Below, one piece after another: positions 26,961 to 36,739 of a DNA stretch of 42,232 bases. A program made the position numbers and the translations under genes. The stretch is taken from positions 1 through 42,232 of the forward strand of contig DAOVGF010000031.1 of assembly GCA_030672545.1 (NCBI GenBank), given 5' to 3'. The notes under the pieces are model-generated. The model was not told where the DNA came from. It saw only the letters and a program-made list of their open reading frames with translations, and made no database searches. Every line of letters begins with the position of its first letter. The stretch's first letter is position 1. The stretch is from Candidatus Aerophobota bacterium. Its GTDB lineage: Bacteria > Aerophobota > Aerophobia > Aerophobales > Aerophobaceae.

Positions 26961-26988
26961 TTGACACAAAAACAATTTGTATTATAAT
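26961..26988 (+). promoter_or_regulatory. Consensus sigma70-type promoter heading HNH-prfA-mfd
   Basis: TTGACA, 16-bp spacer, TATAAT. Confidence 0.8.
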
Positions 26989-27018
26989 TAAGAGAAGTTT
27001 TCGGGGAATTGGTGGAAA

Positions 27019-27636
27019 ATGGCTACAGAAGTGTTAAATAGTAGCGTACTGGTTCTCAATAAGCTATGGGAGGTAACCGACGTTTGCTCGGTAAAAAGAG
27101 CCTTCTGTTTGGTTTATCTCCAGCATGCTCAAATAGTTATTAAGGAAGGAGGTTCTTTCTACACCTTTGGATTTGAGAAATGGAAGGATTTCTCTCAGAA
27201 AGCTAACGATGACAATGTCATTCGTACAATTAGCTTTCGCCTCAAAATTCCTCGCATAATTCTTCTGCTTCTTTATGATCGCCTTCCTCCGCGAAAGGTA
27301 AAGTTCACCCGAAGAAATATTTTTAAGCGGGATCGGAATACCTGTCAGTATTGCGGAAAGAAGTTTAGATCTGAAGATTTGAATATAGATCACGTTATTC
27401 CTCTATCCAGAGGCGGTAAGGATTGCTGGGAAAATGTTGTCTGTTCCTGTGTTTCCTGCAATCTTCGTAAAGGAAGCCGGCTGTTTTCCGAAGCCAAGAT
27501 GCATCTAATAAAGAAGCCTCGGAAGCCAGCCTGGAAAGCCTTTGTCAAGAATAATCTCTCAGAAATGAAGGAAGAGACCTGGCAAGATTTTCTTGATATG
27601 GCTTACTGGAATGTGGAGTTAGAGGAAGATACATAG
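27019..27636 (+). CDS. HNH endonuclease (McrA-like)
   Basis: VLVLN N-terminus, RD-x-x-CQYCG, IDHVIPLSRGG and WENVVCSCVSCNLRKG. Confidence 0.92.
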   Translation: MATEVLNSSVLVLNKLWEVTDVCSVKRAFCLVYLQHAQIVIKEGGSFYTFGFEKWKDFSQKANDDNVIRTISFRLKIPRIILLLLYDRLPPRKVKFTRRNIFKRDRNTCQYCGKKFRSEDLNIDHVIPLSRGGKDCWENVVCSCVSCNLRKGSRLFSEAKMHLIKKPRKPAWKAFVKNNLSEMKEETWQDFLDMAYWNVELEEDT

Positions 27637-27744
27637 TCAATCTATCTATCCCACCTACCCCAAGAGCTTTTGAGCAGGGAATACTCTAATTTTCTTCTAA
27701 TCTCAACACTACTTCCAGATAAATCAGGTAAAGGATAAGTAAAA

Positions 27745-28821
27745 TTGAAGCTGGATATTGAAAGATTGGAAAAAATCACAGAGAGATATGAAGAGCTGAA
27801 TGTTCTACTTGCTCAACTCCAAACATTGAAAGATCCGCGACTTCTTCAGAAATACAACCGGGAACAAAGAAATTTGCAGAATGTAGTTTCTCTGTGGCAA
27901 GAGTACCAAAAATTTAATTTAGAGAAGGAAAAAACAGAAGAACTTCTGAGAACAGAAGATGATGATGAGATCAAGGAATTAGCCAGAGAAGAGATAAAGA
28001 AACTGATGGTTAACTTAGAGAGAATAACCAGAGATTTAGTCCGCAATTTGACACCTAAAGATAAATATTCCGGACGCAGTATCATTATGGAAATAAGAGC
28101 CGGAACAGGTGGCGAGGAAGCAGCTCTATTTGCCGCGGATCTTTACAAGATGTACATTCGTTTCGCTGAGAAAAAAAAATGGAGAGTGGAAAACATTCAT
28201 TTTCGTCCCACTAAGATAGGTGGTTTCAAAGAAATTATTTTTGCCATAGACAACCAGGATGTTTTCTCCTACCTATGGTTTGAAAGTGGAGTTCACCGGG
28301 TACAGAGAGTCCCGGCAACCGAATCCAGCGGAAGGATTCATACCTCCACAGTAACGGTGGCGGTTTTGCCCGAGGCAAAGGAAATAGAAATAGAGATAAA
28401 TCCGGAGGAACTAAAAACCGAGACTTTCCATTCCCGAGGAGCAGGAGGACAACATGTTAATGTAACTGACTCAGCAGTTAGAATCACTCATCTTCCCACG
28501 GGACTGGTGGTCCAATGTCAGGATGAGCGATCCCAACATCAGAATAGGGCTAAAGCTCTACGAGTCTTACGGGCAGAATTACTGCATAAAAAAGAACGGG
28601 AACAAAAAAAAGAAATCTCGCAAAAGAGACGAACGCAAATTGGCAAAGGAGAAAGATCTGAACGTATTCGGACTTACAATTTTCCTCAAGGTCGAATAAC
28701 CGACCATCGGGTCGGTCTTACTTTATTTAATCTCGAAAAAATCCTCGAAGGAGAATTAGAATTACTAATCAACCCCCTGCGTAAATTACTCCAGGAGGAA
28801 ATAGTTGTAGTTGAAATCTAA
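27745..28821 (+). CDS. prfA: Peptide chain release factor 1
   Basis: PAT specificity motif (RVPATE) and GGQ. Confidence 0.97.
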   Translation: MKLDIERLEKITERYEELNVLLAQLQTLKDPRLLQKYNREQRNLQNVVSLWQEYQKFNLEKEKTEELLRTEDDDEIKELAREEIKKLMVNLERITRDLVRNLTPKDKYSGRSIIMEIRAGTGGEEAALFAADLYKMYIRFAEKKKWRVENIHFRPTKIGGFKEIIFAIDNQDVFSYLWFESGVHRVQRVPATESSGRIHTSTVTVAVLPEAKEIEIEINPEELKTETFHSRGAGGQHVNVTDSAVRITHLPTGLVVQCQDERSQHQNRAKALRVLRAELLHKKEREQKKEISQKRRTQIGKGERSERIRTYNFPQGRITDHRVGLTLFNLEKILEGELELLINPLRKLLQEEIVVVEI

Positions 28822-31800
28822 TGCCTTTGACCATCTTCTTGGAGAAATAATTCAGGGAGTTTCCCCTACCTGGATTTACGGGTTGACTTCTCCGGCCAAG
28901 GCTTTTGGGGTAGCCCTGGCTCGGAGACGGAGAAAGGGGTGTTTTGTTTTTCTCTGTCAGAAATTTTCTCAAGCCGAAAATATTTATCGAGATTTGAAAA
29001 CCTTCCTTCCTCAAGAAAAACAATTGTTTCTCTGGCCCTTTTCCAGAAAGGATTCTTCAGAAGATCGTCTCAGAATTCTTTACCAAATAAAAGAGAAAAA
29101 TTCCATTTTATTGATAGCTACCCTCCAGACCTTTCTAGGTCAAGTTCCTTCTTTTCAATCACTGACCGACAACGTTTTACATATAGAGCAGGGCGGAAAA
29201 ATAGGACGGAATGGACTAAGGAATTGGCTTTCTAAGGCCGGATATGAGTTTTCACCGTTGATAGGAGAGACCGGTGACTATTCGGTAAGGGGAGGAATTG
29301 TAGATTTATACTGCCCTCTGTACCCACATCCCTGGCGAGTTGAATTCTGTGGGGAGACTATTGAATCAATCCGTGAGTTTGACTCCCAGACTCAACGCTC
29401 GATAAAACCGATGAATAAAAGAAAACAAATTATGATTTGCCCGGCTGAAGAGGAATCTCTAAGGCAACAAGGGAATACCCATTTTTCATCTCTGTTAAAC
29501 CTTTTGCCTCCGGACCCACTATTTTTCCTTGATGAGCCCTTTCTTCTGGAACAAGATGTAAGGAAGGAACTTTCCACCGTTAGAGAATCCTGGAGAGAGG
29601 TGTTGAGAAAAGAGATAGTCTTTCTTTCCACTCTTCCCCGGAATATTCCCTGGATGAAACCCAAAATAACTCTTCCGGTTAATGCGTTCTCCTTAAATTC
29701 CTATCGAGGACATCTCGGTCTTCTAATAGAAGACCTCAAGAAATGGACTCAGCAGCAACAGCGAGTAGTTATTCTATCATCTAATTCCGGACAAGCGGAT
29801 AGATTGCAGGAAATTTTGGGAGATAAGGGACTTCGAATAGGGCAAGAGGAAAATGTCAATCTACTGGAAACCGCACCGGCACTTCTAATTACTACGGGTG
29901 ATCTCAGCAGAGGATTTGTTTTTGGGGAAACGGGAAATGTTTTCGTTACCGATGAGGATATTTTTCAGCGTTACCGGGAAAGAAGAAAACGCTGGGTTGC
30001 TCTCCCCGAAGAAAAGAAAATCGCCAGATGGACGGAGCTGAAATCGGGAAACTACGTGGTTCATATTGACCATGGGATTGGAAGATTCAAAGGAGTCAAA
30101 ACTCTTCAACTGGAAGGGGAAAAAAGCGATTATTTCCAAGTTGATTATAAGGGAACAGATCGTCTTTACATACCCATTGATCAATTGGACCGTCTACACA
30201 AATATATTGGCGATACGGATCACCCACCTCCCATCCATAGTCTCGAGGGTGGTCTCTGGAGATGGACTAAAAAGCGAGCCAGAAAAGCTACCAAAGATCT
30301 GGCTGTTTCTTTGTTGAAGCACTATTCAATTCGAAAAGTTTCCTCCGGATACACCTTTGAGCCGGACAATCAGTGGCAATTAGAATTTGAGGCTTCCTTC
30401 CCCTACCAGGAAACCCCGGATCAACTGCGAGCTACTCAAGAAATAAAACAACGGATGGAAAATCCTGTCCCTATGGATCAACTGGTATGTGGAGATGCCG
30501 GCTACGGAAAAACTGAAGTGGCTATGCGAGCTAGCTTTAAGGCTGTAATGAACAATAAACAAGTTGCCGTACTCGTCCCCACTACCATCTTAGGTGAACA
30601 ACACTACCGGACCTTCAAGGAAAGAATGGTTGCCTATCCCATTAAAATAGAACTGCTCTCTCGGTTCCAGACTTCTCAAAAACAGAAAGAGATTATTCGT
30701 GACTTAAAACGAGGATTGGTAGACATTGTCATCGGAACTCATCGGCTTCTGCAAAATGATGTGGGATTCAAAACCCTGGGTTTGATTATCATCGATGAGG
30801 AACAGAAGTTTGGAGTTATCCAAAAAAAGAAATTCAGAGAATTCCATCACACAGTTGATGTCCTGAGCTTAACTGCTACCCCCATTCCTCGTTCCTTGTA
30901 TATGGCCTTGACGGGAGTCTCCGAAATGAGTGTCATCACCAGCCCCCCCGAAGAGAGACAAAATGTTCAAACCCGGGTAATCGAATACAATCAGGAAATC
31001 ATAAAAAAAGCTATCTATCAGGAATTGGCAAGAGAAGGTCAGATTTTCTATCTCCACAACCGGATTGAAACAATTTATCGGGTAACCGAGAGGGTCCAAC
31101 AACTTGTTCCTGAAGCCAATATTATCATAGCTCACGGTAGAATCTCCTCAGGTAGACTGGAAGCAATTATGAAAGATTTTCTCTTCAAAAAATACGACAT
31201 CTTGGTTTGTACTACTATTATTGAATCTGGAATTGATATGCCTAATGTAAATACCTTGATTGTGGAAAATTCCGAACAATTTGGACTGGCAGACTTATAT
31301 CAGTTAAAAGGAAGAGTAGGAAGAGGAAAAAGACAAGGATATGCTTATTTCTGCTTTAGTCACGGAAAAATGCTCACGGAAGAAGCTCAAAAAAGACTCC
31401 AAGTAATCAGACAATTTGAAGGTTCCGGAGCTGGATTTCGTATAGCTCTGCAGGATTTGCAAATCCGGGGAGCAGGTAACCTACTGGGCAAGGAACAACA
31501 CGGGCACATTTTTGCTGTGGGATTTACCTTCTATACCCAGCTTCTTTCTGAAGAAATCAAGAAACTCAAAGGAGAAAAGGTAACTCCCTCCTTCCCGGTA
31601 AATCTGGATCTCAAGGTTGAAGCCAGACTTCCTCAATCTTACGTTCCTTACTTAGAGCAACGTTTTGCTATTTATGCTCAAATTGGAAAAATAAAGACTG
31701 AAAGAGAAGTATGGGAGCTAAAAGAAGAGCTCAGAGATAGGTACGGGCCACTCCCCCACCAGGCAAGAAATCTCCTTGATTGTTTGAGGATAAAACTGAT

Positions 31801-32041
31801 AGCCAGGGAGTTAGGGATAGTCTCTTTAGCTAAGAAAGAGGACAAAATATGGCTTAGTTTTTCACCCTTTCATCTTCTTACAGCAGAAAGAAAAAGAACG
31901 ATTGAAGAAAAGCTTTTTGACCAAATGACAACTTTACCTTTGGACGAAAAAAATTTGATTTTAAAGGTAAAATATAAAGAGGGGAAATTCCTGATTTATT
32001 TGAGGCAAATTTTACAAAAATACAAAAATGTGTTATCATAA
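28811..32041 (+). CDS. mfd: Transcription-repair coupling factor
   Basis: UvrB-like region, RID (VVHIDHGIG), GDAGYGKT, DEEQ, TATPIPR and TRG motif DLQIRGAG. Confidence 0.97.
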   Translation: MKSNAFDHLLGEIIQGVSPTWIYGLTSPAKAFGVALARRRRKGCFVFLCQKFSQAENIYRDLKTFLPQEKQLFLWPFSRKDSSEDRLRILYQIKEKNSILLIATLQTFLGQVPSFQSLTDNVLHIEQGGKIGRNGLRNWLSKAGYEFSPLIGETGDYSVRGGIVDLYCPLYPHPWRVEFCGETIESIREFDSQTQRSIKPMNKRKQIMICPAEEESLRQQGNTHFSSLLNLLPPDPLFFLDEPFLLEQDVRKELSTVRESWREVLRKEIVFLSTLPRNIPWMKPKITLPVNAFSLNSYRGHLGLLIEDLKKWTQQQQRVVILSSNSGQADRLQEILGDKGLRIGQEENVNLLETAPALLITTGDLSRGFVFGETGNVFVTDEDIFQRYRERRKRWVALPEEKKIARWTELKSGNYVVHIDHGIGRFKGVKTLQLEGEKSDYFQVDYKGTDRLYIPIDQLDRLHKYIGDTDHPPPIHSLEGGLWRWTKKRARKATKDLAVSLLKHYSIRKVSSGYTFEPDNQWQLEFEASFPYQETPDQLRATQEIKQRMENPVPMDQLVCGDAGYGKTEVAMRASFKAVMNNKQVAVLVPTTILGEQHYRTFKERMVAYPIKIELLSRFQTSQKQKEIIRDLKRGLVDIVIGTHRLLQNDVGFKTLGLIIIDEEQKFGVIQKKKFREFHHTVDVLSLTATPIPRSLYMALTGVSEMSVITSPPEERQNVQTRVIEYNQEIIKKAIYQELAREGQIFYLHNRIETIYRVTERVQQLVPEANIIIAHGRISSGRLEAIMKDFLFKKYDILVCTTIIESGIDMPNVNTLIVENSEQFGLADLYQLKGRVGRGKRQGYAYFCFSHGKMLTEEAQKRLQVIRQFEGSGAGFRIALQDLQIRGAGNLLGKEQHGHIFAVGFTFYTQLLSEEIKKLKGEKVTPSFPVNLDLKVEARLPQSYVPYLEQRFAIYAQIGKIKTEREVWELKEELRDRYGPLPHQARNLLDCLRIKLIARELGIVSLAKKEDKIWLSFSPFHLLTAERKRTIEEKLFDQMTTLPLDEKNLILKVKYKEGKFLIYLRQILQKYKNVLS

Positions 32042-32047
32042 AAAGCT

Positions 32048-33097
32048 ATGAAGCAAGAGTTTTTCGATACTCGGACAGAAAAAAGGAAGATTTCTGGTAA
32101 TTCTTTAGCCGGATTAAGAAAATGGATTCTCCTTATTGCCGTGGGTTTTTTATTCGGGCAAATAGGACCAATGGCTAAAGCTGAAGAAATCTTAATAGAT
32201 GAAATTGTAGCTGTAGTTAACGACCAAGCAATTACCATCAGTGATTTAAAGAAAGAAATTAACCTAATTAAGAAAGAATGGAGAACCAGTAATTTATCGC
32301 CCAGCCAGGTCCTCCAGCGACTTATTGATGATAAGATTATCCAGCAAGAGGCCGAAAAGCGAGGTCTGAAAGTTACCAAGGAAGAGGTTGATGCACTCAT
32401 AGTTCAACTCCAGGGTGATTTATCAAAAGAGGAATTCTCCTGGACTTTAAAGGAGAAGGGACTAAGTGCAGGAGATTTTCGAGAACGACTGAAACACAGA
32501 ATCATCCGTGATAAACTATTTTCTCAGAAGTTAGAGGAAATAGATGACTACAAAACAAAAGTTTCCCCTGAGGCAGTATCAAAGTTTTGCACCGTTATAA
32601 GAAATTATCTGCGAGGAGCTGACAATGCCTCAGCCGAGGTTATCCAATTTTACGAAATTTATAAAGAGAAGTTAAGTCAGACCGAAAGAGTAGAAATTGC
32701 TCAAATTGTAGTCGGAAGTGAGGAAACGGCCGAGAAAATTCTCCAACGATTGAAAGCAGGAGAGAGTTTTTCTACCTTAGCTAAGACCTTTTCTGTCGAC
32801 TCAAACGCCAAGAAAGGAGGTGATTTAGGCTGGTTTGATCCTCGGCAAATTCAACCCCTTCTACGACAGCAAATTGTCTCTCTTGAGAAAAACGGAGTCA
32901 GCAGCGTTTTACCTATACAGAAAGGTTATTTCCGCATACTCAAGTTATTAGACGAAAAACAACTTCGTTGTCAAGACTGGGAAAAGGAAATCGTTGATTT
33001 TCTTCAGAGGAAAAAACTAGAAGACAACCTTGACCAATGGCTGGAGCAATTAAGAAAAAGTGCGGAAATTACCATTAGGCCGATAAATATAGGATAA
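32048..33097 (+). CDS. SurA/PrsA-like periplasmic chaperone with one parvulin domain
   Basis: Signal-like segment, IDEIVAVVNDQAIT and FSTLAKTFS...GGDLGWF. Confidence 0.85.
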   Translation: MKQEFFDTRTEKRKISGNSLAGLRKWILLIAVGFLFGQIGPMAKAEEILIDEIVAVVNDQAITISDLKKEINLIKKEWRTSNLSPSQVLQRLIDDKIIQQEAEKRGLKVTKEEVDALIVQLQGDLSKEEFSWTLKEKGLSAGDFRERLKHRIIRDKLFSQKLEEIDDYKTKVSPEAVSKFCTVIRNYLRGADNASAEVIQFYEIYKEKLSQTERVEIAQIVVGSEETAEKILQRLKAGESFSTLAKTFSVDSNAKKGGDLGWFDPRQIQPLLRQQIVSLEKNGVSSVLPIQKGYFRILKLLDEKQLRCQDWEKEIVDFLQRKKLEDNLDQWLEQLRKSAEITIRPINIG

Positions 33098-33103
33098 AAT
33101 GCC

Positions 33104-34381
33104 GTGAGTAAATTTATCATTCAAGGGGGAAGGCGTCTAGAAGGAAAAGTGAGTATAAGCGGGGCAAAAAATTCCGCTCTTCCAATAATGGCCGCCTGTT
33201 TATTAACCGAGGAAGAATGTTCGTTAAAAAATATCCCCAATCTCAGTGATATCGGGATAATGGGGCAAACCTTGGAAGAATTGGGTACCCGAGTAAGAAG
33301 AGTGAAGGGAAAACTCTTCATTAATGCCGTCAATGTTTCCCAATTTGAAGCTCCTTATGATCTGGTCAGAAAAATGCGAGCTTCAATTTTGGTGCTGGGA
33401 CCATTGCTGGCTAGAGTACGGCGGGCCCGCGTTGCTTTTCCCGGAGGATGTAGCATAGGAAGAAGACCGATCAACTTACATCTCGAGGGATTGAGTAAAA
33501 TGGGAGCTCGAATGAGAGTAAAACGGGGATACGTGGAGGCAACAGCACCAACAGGCCTGCAGGGCGCCAATATATGTCTGGATTTTCCCAGTGTGGGAGC
33601 TACGGAAAATCTCATATTAGCTGCTTGTTTGGCCAAAGGAACTACGGTAATCGAAAATGCCTCTTGTACTCCTGAGGTAGTCGATTTAGCCAGGTTTCTG
33701 GGAAAAATGGGAACGCAAATTGAAGGAGAAGGAACTGACTTAATTAAGATTAAGGGCTCTAAAAGTCTATCCGGGGTTTCTTATTCCATTATTCCTGATC
33801 GAATTGAAACAGGAACATTGATCTTAGCTGCTGCTATAACCCGGGGAGAAATTACGCTGGAAAAAGTAAAGCCCAATCATTCAAAAGCCCTGTTCAGTAA
33901 ATTAAGAGAAATGGGTATTATGATTGAAACATCTGCGGATGAGATAATGGTTAGTTATCGAGGGCCCTTTGATCCGGTGAGGATTAAAACTTTGCCTTAT
34001 CCGGGTTTCCCTACAGATCTTCAACCCCAGTTGACCGCCCTGGCCTGTTTAGCCCAGGGAACAAGTACCATAACTGAGACAATATTTGAAAATAGGTTCG
34101 CTCACCTGGCCGAGTTACGAAGAATGGGTGCTCAGATTGAAGAAATAGGAAGGGGAATAATTGTCAAAGGGATTCCTTTTCTCTGGGGTTGTCCGGTGTC
34201 GGTTTCGGATATCCGAGGGGGTGCAGCACTGGTTCTGGCTGGATTAGCCGCCAGGGGTGAAACAGAGCTTATCGGAGTCAGCCACATTGATAGAGGATAC
34301 GAAGAATTAGAAAAAAAACTATCTCAATTGGGAGCCAAAATAGTTAGACTCGAGGAAAATAATGTTCACCTCAGCCCGTAG
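33104..34381 (+). CDS. murA: UDP-N-acetylglucosamine 1-carboxyvinyltransferase
   Basis: GAKN, PGGCSIG (active-site Cys), PDRIE and GFPTD. Confidence 0.98.
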   Translation: MSKFIIQGGRRLEGKVSISGAKNSALPIMAACLLTEEECSLKNIPNLSDIGIMGQTLEELGTRVRRVKGKLFINAVNVSQFEAPYDLVRKMRASILVLGPLLARVRRARVAFPGGCSIGRRPINLHLEGLSKMGARMRVKRGYVEATAPTGLQGANICLDFPSVGATENLILAACLAKGTTVIENASCTPEVVDLARFLGKMGTQIEGEGTDLIKIKGSKSLSGVSYSIIPDRIETGTLILAAAITRGEITLEKVKPNHSKALFSKLREMGIMIETSADEIMVSYRGPFDPVRIKTLPYPGFPTDLQPQLTALACLAQGTSTITETIFENRFAHLAELRRMGAQIEEIGRGIIVKGIPFLWGCPVSVSDIRGGAALVLAGLAARGETELIGVSHIDRGYEELEKKLSQLGAKIVRLEENNVHLSP

Positions 34382-35369
34382 AATTGGTATAGACCTGGGA
34401 ACTACCAGTATTATCATTTATGTCGAGGGACAAGGAGTAGTCTCTAATGAACCTTCTGTGGTAGCTATGGACAATTCCTCCGGCAAAATCTTGGCTATCG
34501 GAGAAGAAGCCCGGGAAATGTTGGGCCGAACTCCGGGAAGTATTGTGGCTATTCGACCAATGAAAGACGGAGTCATTGCTGATTATGAAATTGTGGAACA
34601 AATTCTCAGTTACTATATAAGAAAAATATGTGGCCGGTGGTTCCTTTTCCCTCCTTATCTAATGATTTGCATACCTACGGGAGGAACTTCTGTAGAAAAA
34701 AGGGCGGTAATAAACGCGGCTATCCGGGCCGGAGCGAAAAGAGAGAAACTTTCTTTAATTGAAGAACCGAGAGCCGCCGCTATTGGAGCGAACCTGGATA
34801 TTATGAAGCCACAAGGTAATATGATTATAGATATAGGTGGAGGAACAACAGATATAGCCGTGATTTCACTTGGTGAGATCGTAACCGGTGTCTCTTTGCG
34901 GGTGGGAGGAAACAAAATGGATGAGGTTTGTGCTCGGTACATGAGGAAACAACATAATGTTGCCTTAGGAGAAATCACCGTTGAGTTGATGAAAAAGAAA
35001 ATAGGTTACGCCATCAATCCTCCCGCCGACGAGAAAATGAAAGTCAAAGGAAGAGATTTAACTACCGGTTTACCTAAGGAAGTGGATATCAGTGCTGTGG
35101 AAATATGTCGAATATTATCTGAACCCCTCTCGCAAATAGTCGACGGAATCAAAACAGTTCTCCAAAAAACTCCTCCGGAACTGGCGGCTGACATTATGGA
35201 GAGAAAAATTGTTCTTACCGGAGGAGGAAGTCTCTTGAAAAACTTTGGTCTCTTGGTTAAAGAAGCTACGGGTATTCCCGCCCATTTAGCCGAAGATCCT
35301 GTTTCCTGTGTGGCTATTGGTACCGGCAGAGCCCTTAAGTCTATAGACTTTGTAGGAAAGACACATTAA
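34362..35369 (+). CDS. mreB: MreB/Mbl actin-like protein
   Basis: GIDLGT, EPSVVA, DIGGGT and LTGGG; no mreC or mreD follows, so it may be an Mbl-type paralog. Confidence 0.9.
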   Translation: MFTSARRIGIDLGTTSIIIYVEGQGVVSNEPSVVAMDNSSGKILAIGEEAREMLGRTPGSIVAIRPMKDGVIADYEIVEQILSYYIRKICGRWFLFPPYLMICIPTGGTSVEKRAVINAAIRAGAKREKLSLIEEPRAAAIGANLDIMKPQGNMIIDIGGGTTDIAVISLGEIVTGVSLRVGGNKMDEVCARYMRKQHNVALGEITVELMKKKIGYAINPPADEKMKVKGRDLTTGLPKEVDISAVEICRILSEPLSQIVDGIKTVLQKTPPELAADIMERKIVLTGGGSLLKNFGLLVKEATGIPAHLAEDPVSCVAIGTGRALKSIDFVGKTH

Positions 35370-36739
35370 TGGAAAAAACGAGATTTGTTTGTCAAAGTTG
35401 TGGTTATGTTTCTTTGAAGTGGCTGGGACGTTGTCCGGAATGTGGTAATTGGGAGAGTCTTTGCGAAGAAAGAATCAAGCCCTTTCGGGCTACCGTTAAT
35501 CATAGTCCATCTTCTTTTCCTCCTCAGACGGTGAATGAGATCTCTATTAGTGATCAGAAAAGATACCGGACTAACATTGGTGAATTTGACCGCATTTTGG
35601 GAGGCGGAATTGTTCCTGGCTCTCTCATCCTAGTGGGTGGAGAGCCAGGAATTGGAAAATCCACTCTCCTACTGGATGTGGGAAATAAGCTGAGTAGTCA
35701 GGGACATTCTGTTCTGTATATCTCGGGAGAGGAGTCAGCACAGCAAACAAAGCTCCGAGCAGTTCGTCTGGACATAAACTCTCCTAATTTGTTGATATTA
35801 GCTGAGACCAATCTTTCCCTTATTTCGGAACAAATCGAGAAAATTCAACCTGAAGTGGTAATCGTTGATTCCATCCAATCTGTTTATCTGGAAGAGTTAG
35901 GCTCAACACCCGGTTCTATTTCCCAAATTAGAGAATCGACTACCCACCTTATGAGAATAGCCAAGAGTAAAGGTATAACTATTTTCCTGATTGGACATGT
36001 GACTAAGAGGGGTGTCTTAGCTGGACCACGTATCCTCGAACATATGGTAGATACAGTACTTTATTTCGAAACAAGCAGTGACTACCAATATCGAATTTTG
36101 AGAACCACTAAGAACCGTTTTGGACCAACTTCGGAGATAGGCATCTTTATGATGAGAGAGAATGGTCTGGAGGAAGTTCTCGATTCTTCAAAATTCTTTC
36201 TCCATACTTCTCTTCATAATTCACCAACCCCTGGAACAGTGGTGATGCCCACCATGGAAGGTTCTCGCCCTTTCTTAGTGGAGATTCAAGCCCTGGTTAC
36301 CGTTTCTAATCTAAATTTACCTCGAAGAATTAGTCAGGGAATTGAACATAACAGGCTCTGTTTACTGTTGGCTGTTCTGGAAAAGCAGGGGAAAATCCCC
36401 TTTTATAACCGCGATGTTTTTCTCAACGTAGCGGGAGGAATCCGCATAAATGACCCAGCCTGTGATTTACCTATTATCCTGGCGATTGTCTCCAGTTTGT
36501 GGGAGCGACCTATCCAGAAAGGACTGGTAGCAATTGGAGAAGTAGGGTTAGGCGGGGAAATCAGGCCAGTGGCTTTTATGGAAAAAAGAATAAAAGAGGC
36601 AGTTAAACTTGGATATAGTAGATGTTTAACCTTTCCTTCCTATTCGAAGAGCATCAAAAATCCCGGTAAAATAAGGATAATAGGGATACCTGGGGTTGGG
36701 GAGGCTATCAAAAACGGACTTAGGGAAAAGGTAAGTTGA
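35369..36739 (+). CDS. radA: DNA repair protein RadA/Sms
   Basis: C4 zinc finger, GEPGIGKS and KNRFG. Confidence 0.98.
   Translation: MEKTRFVCQSCGYVSLKWLGRCPECGNWESLCEERIKPFRATVNHSPSSFPPQTVNEISISDQKRYRTNIGEFDRILGGGIVPGSLILVGGEPGIGKSTLLLDVGNKLSSQGHSVLYISGEESAQQTKLRAVRLDINSPNLLILAETNLSLISEQIEKIQPEVVIVDSIQSVYLEELGSTPGSISQIRESTTHLMRIAKSKGITIFLIGHVTKRGVLAGPRILEHMVDTVLYFETSSDYQYRILRTTKNRFGPTSEIGIFMMRENGLEEVLDSSKFFLHTSLHNSPTPGTVVMPTMEGSRPFLVEIQALVTVSNLNLPRRISQGIEHNRLCLLLAVLEKQGKIPFYNRDVFLNVAGGIRINDPACDLPIILAIVSSLWERPIQKGLVAIGEVGLGGEIRPVAFMEKRIKEAVKLGYSRCLTFPSYSKSIKNPGKIRIIGIPGVGEAIKNGLREKVS

Noticed and set aside
31295-31330. Mfd motif VI QLKGRVGR (R to K)
   Set aside because: Conservative change; the two downstream arginines and the TRG motif are intact.
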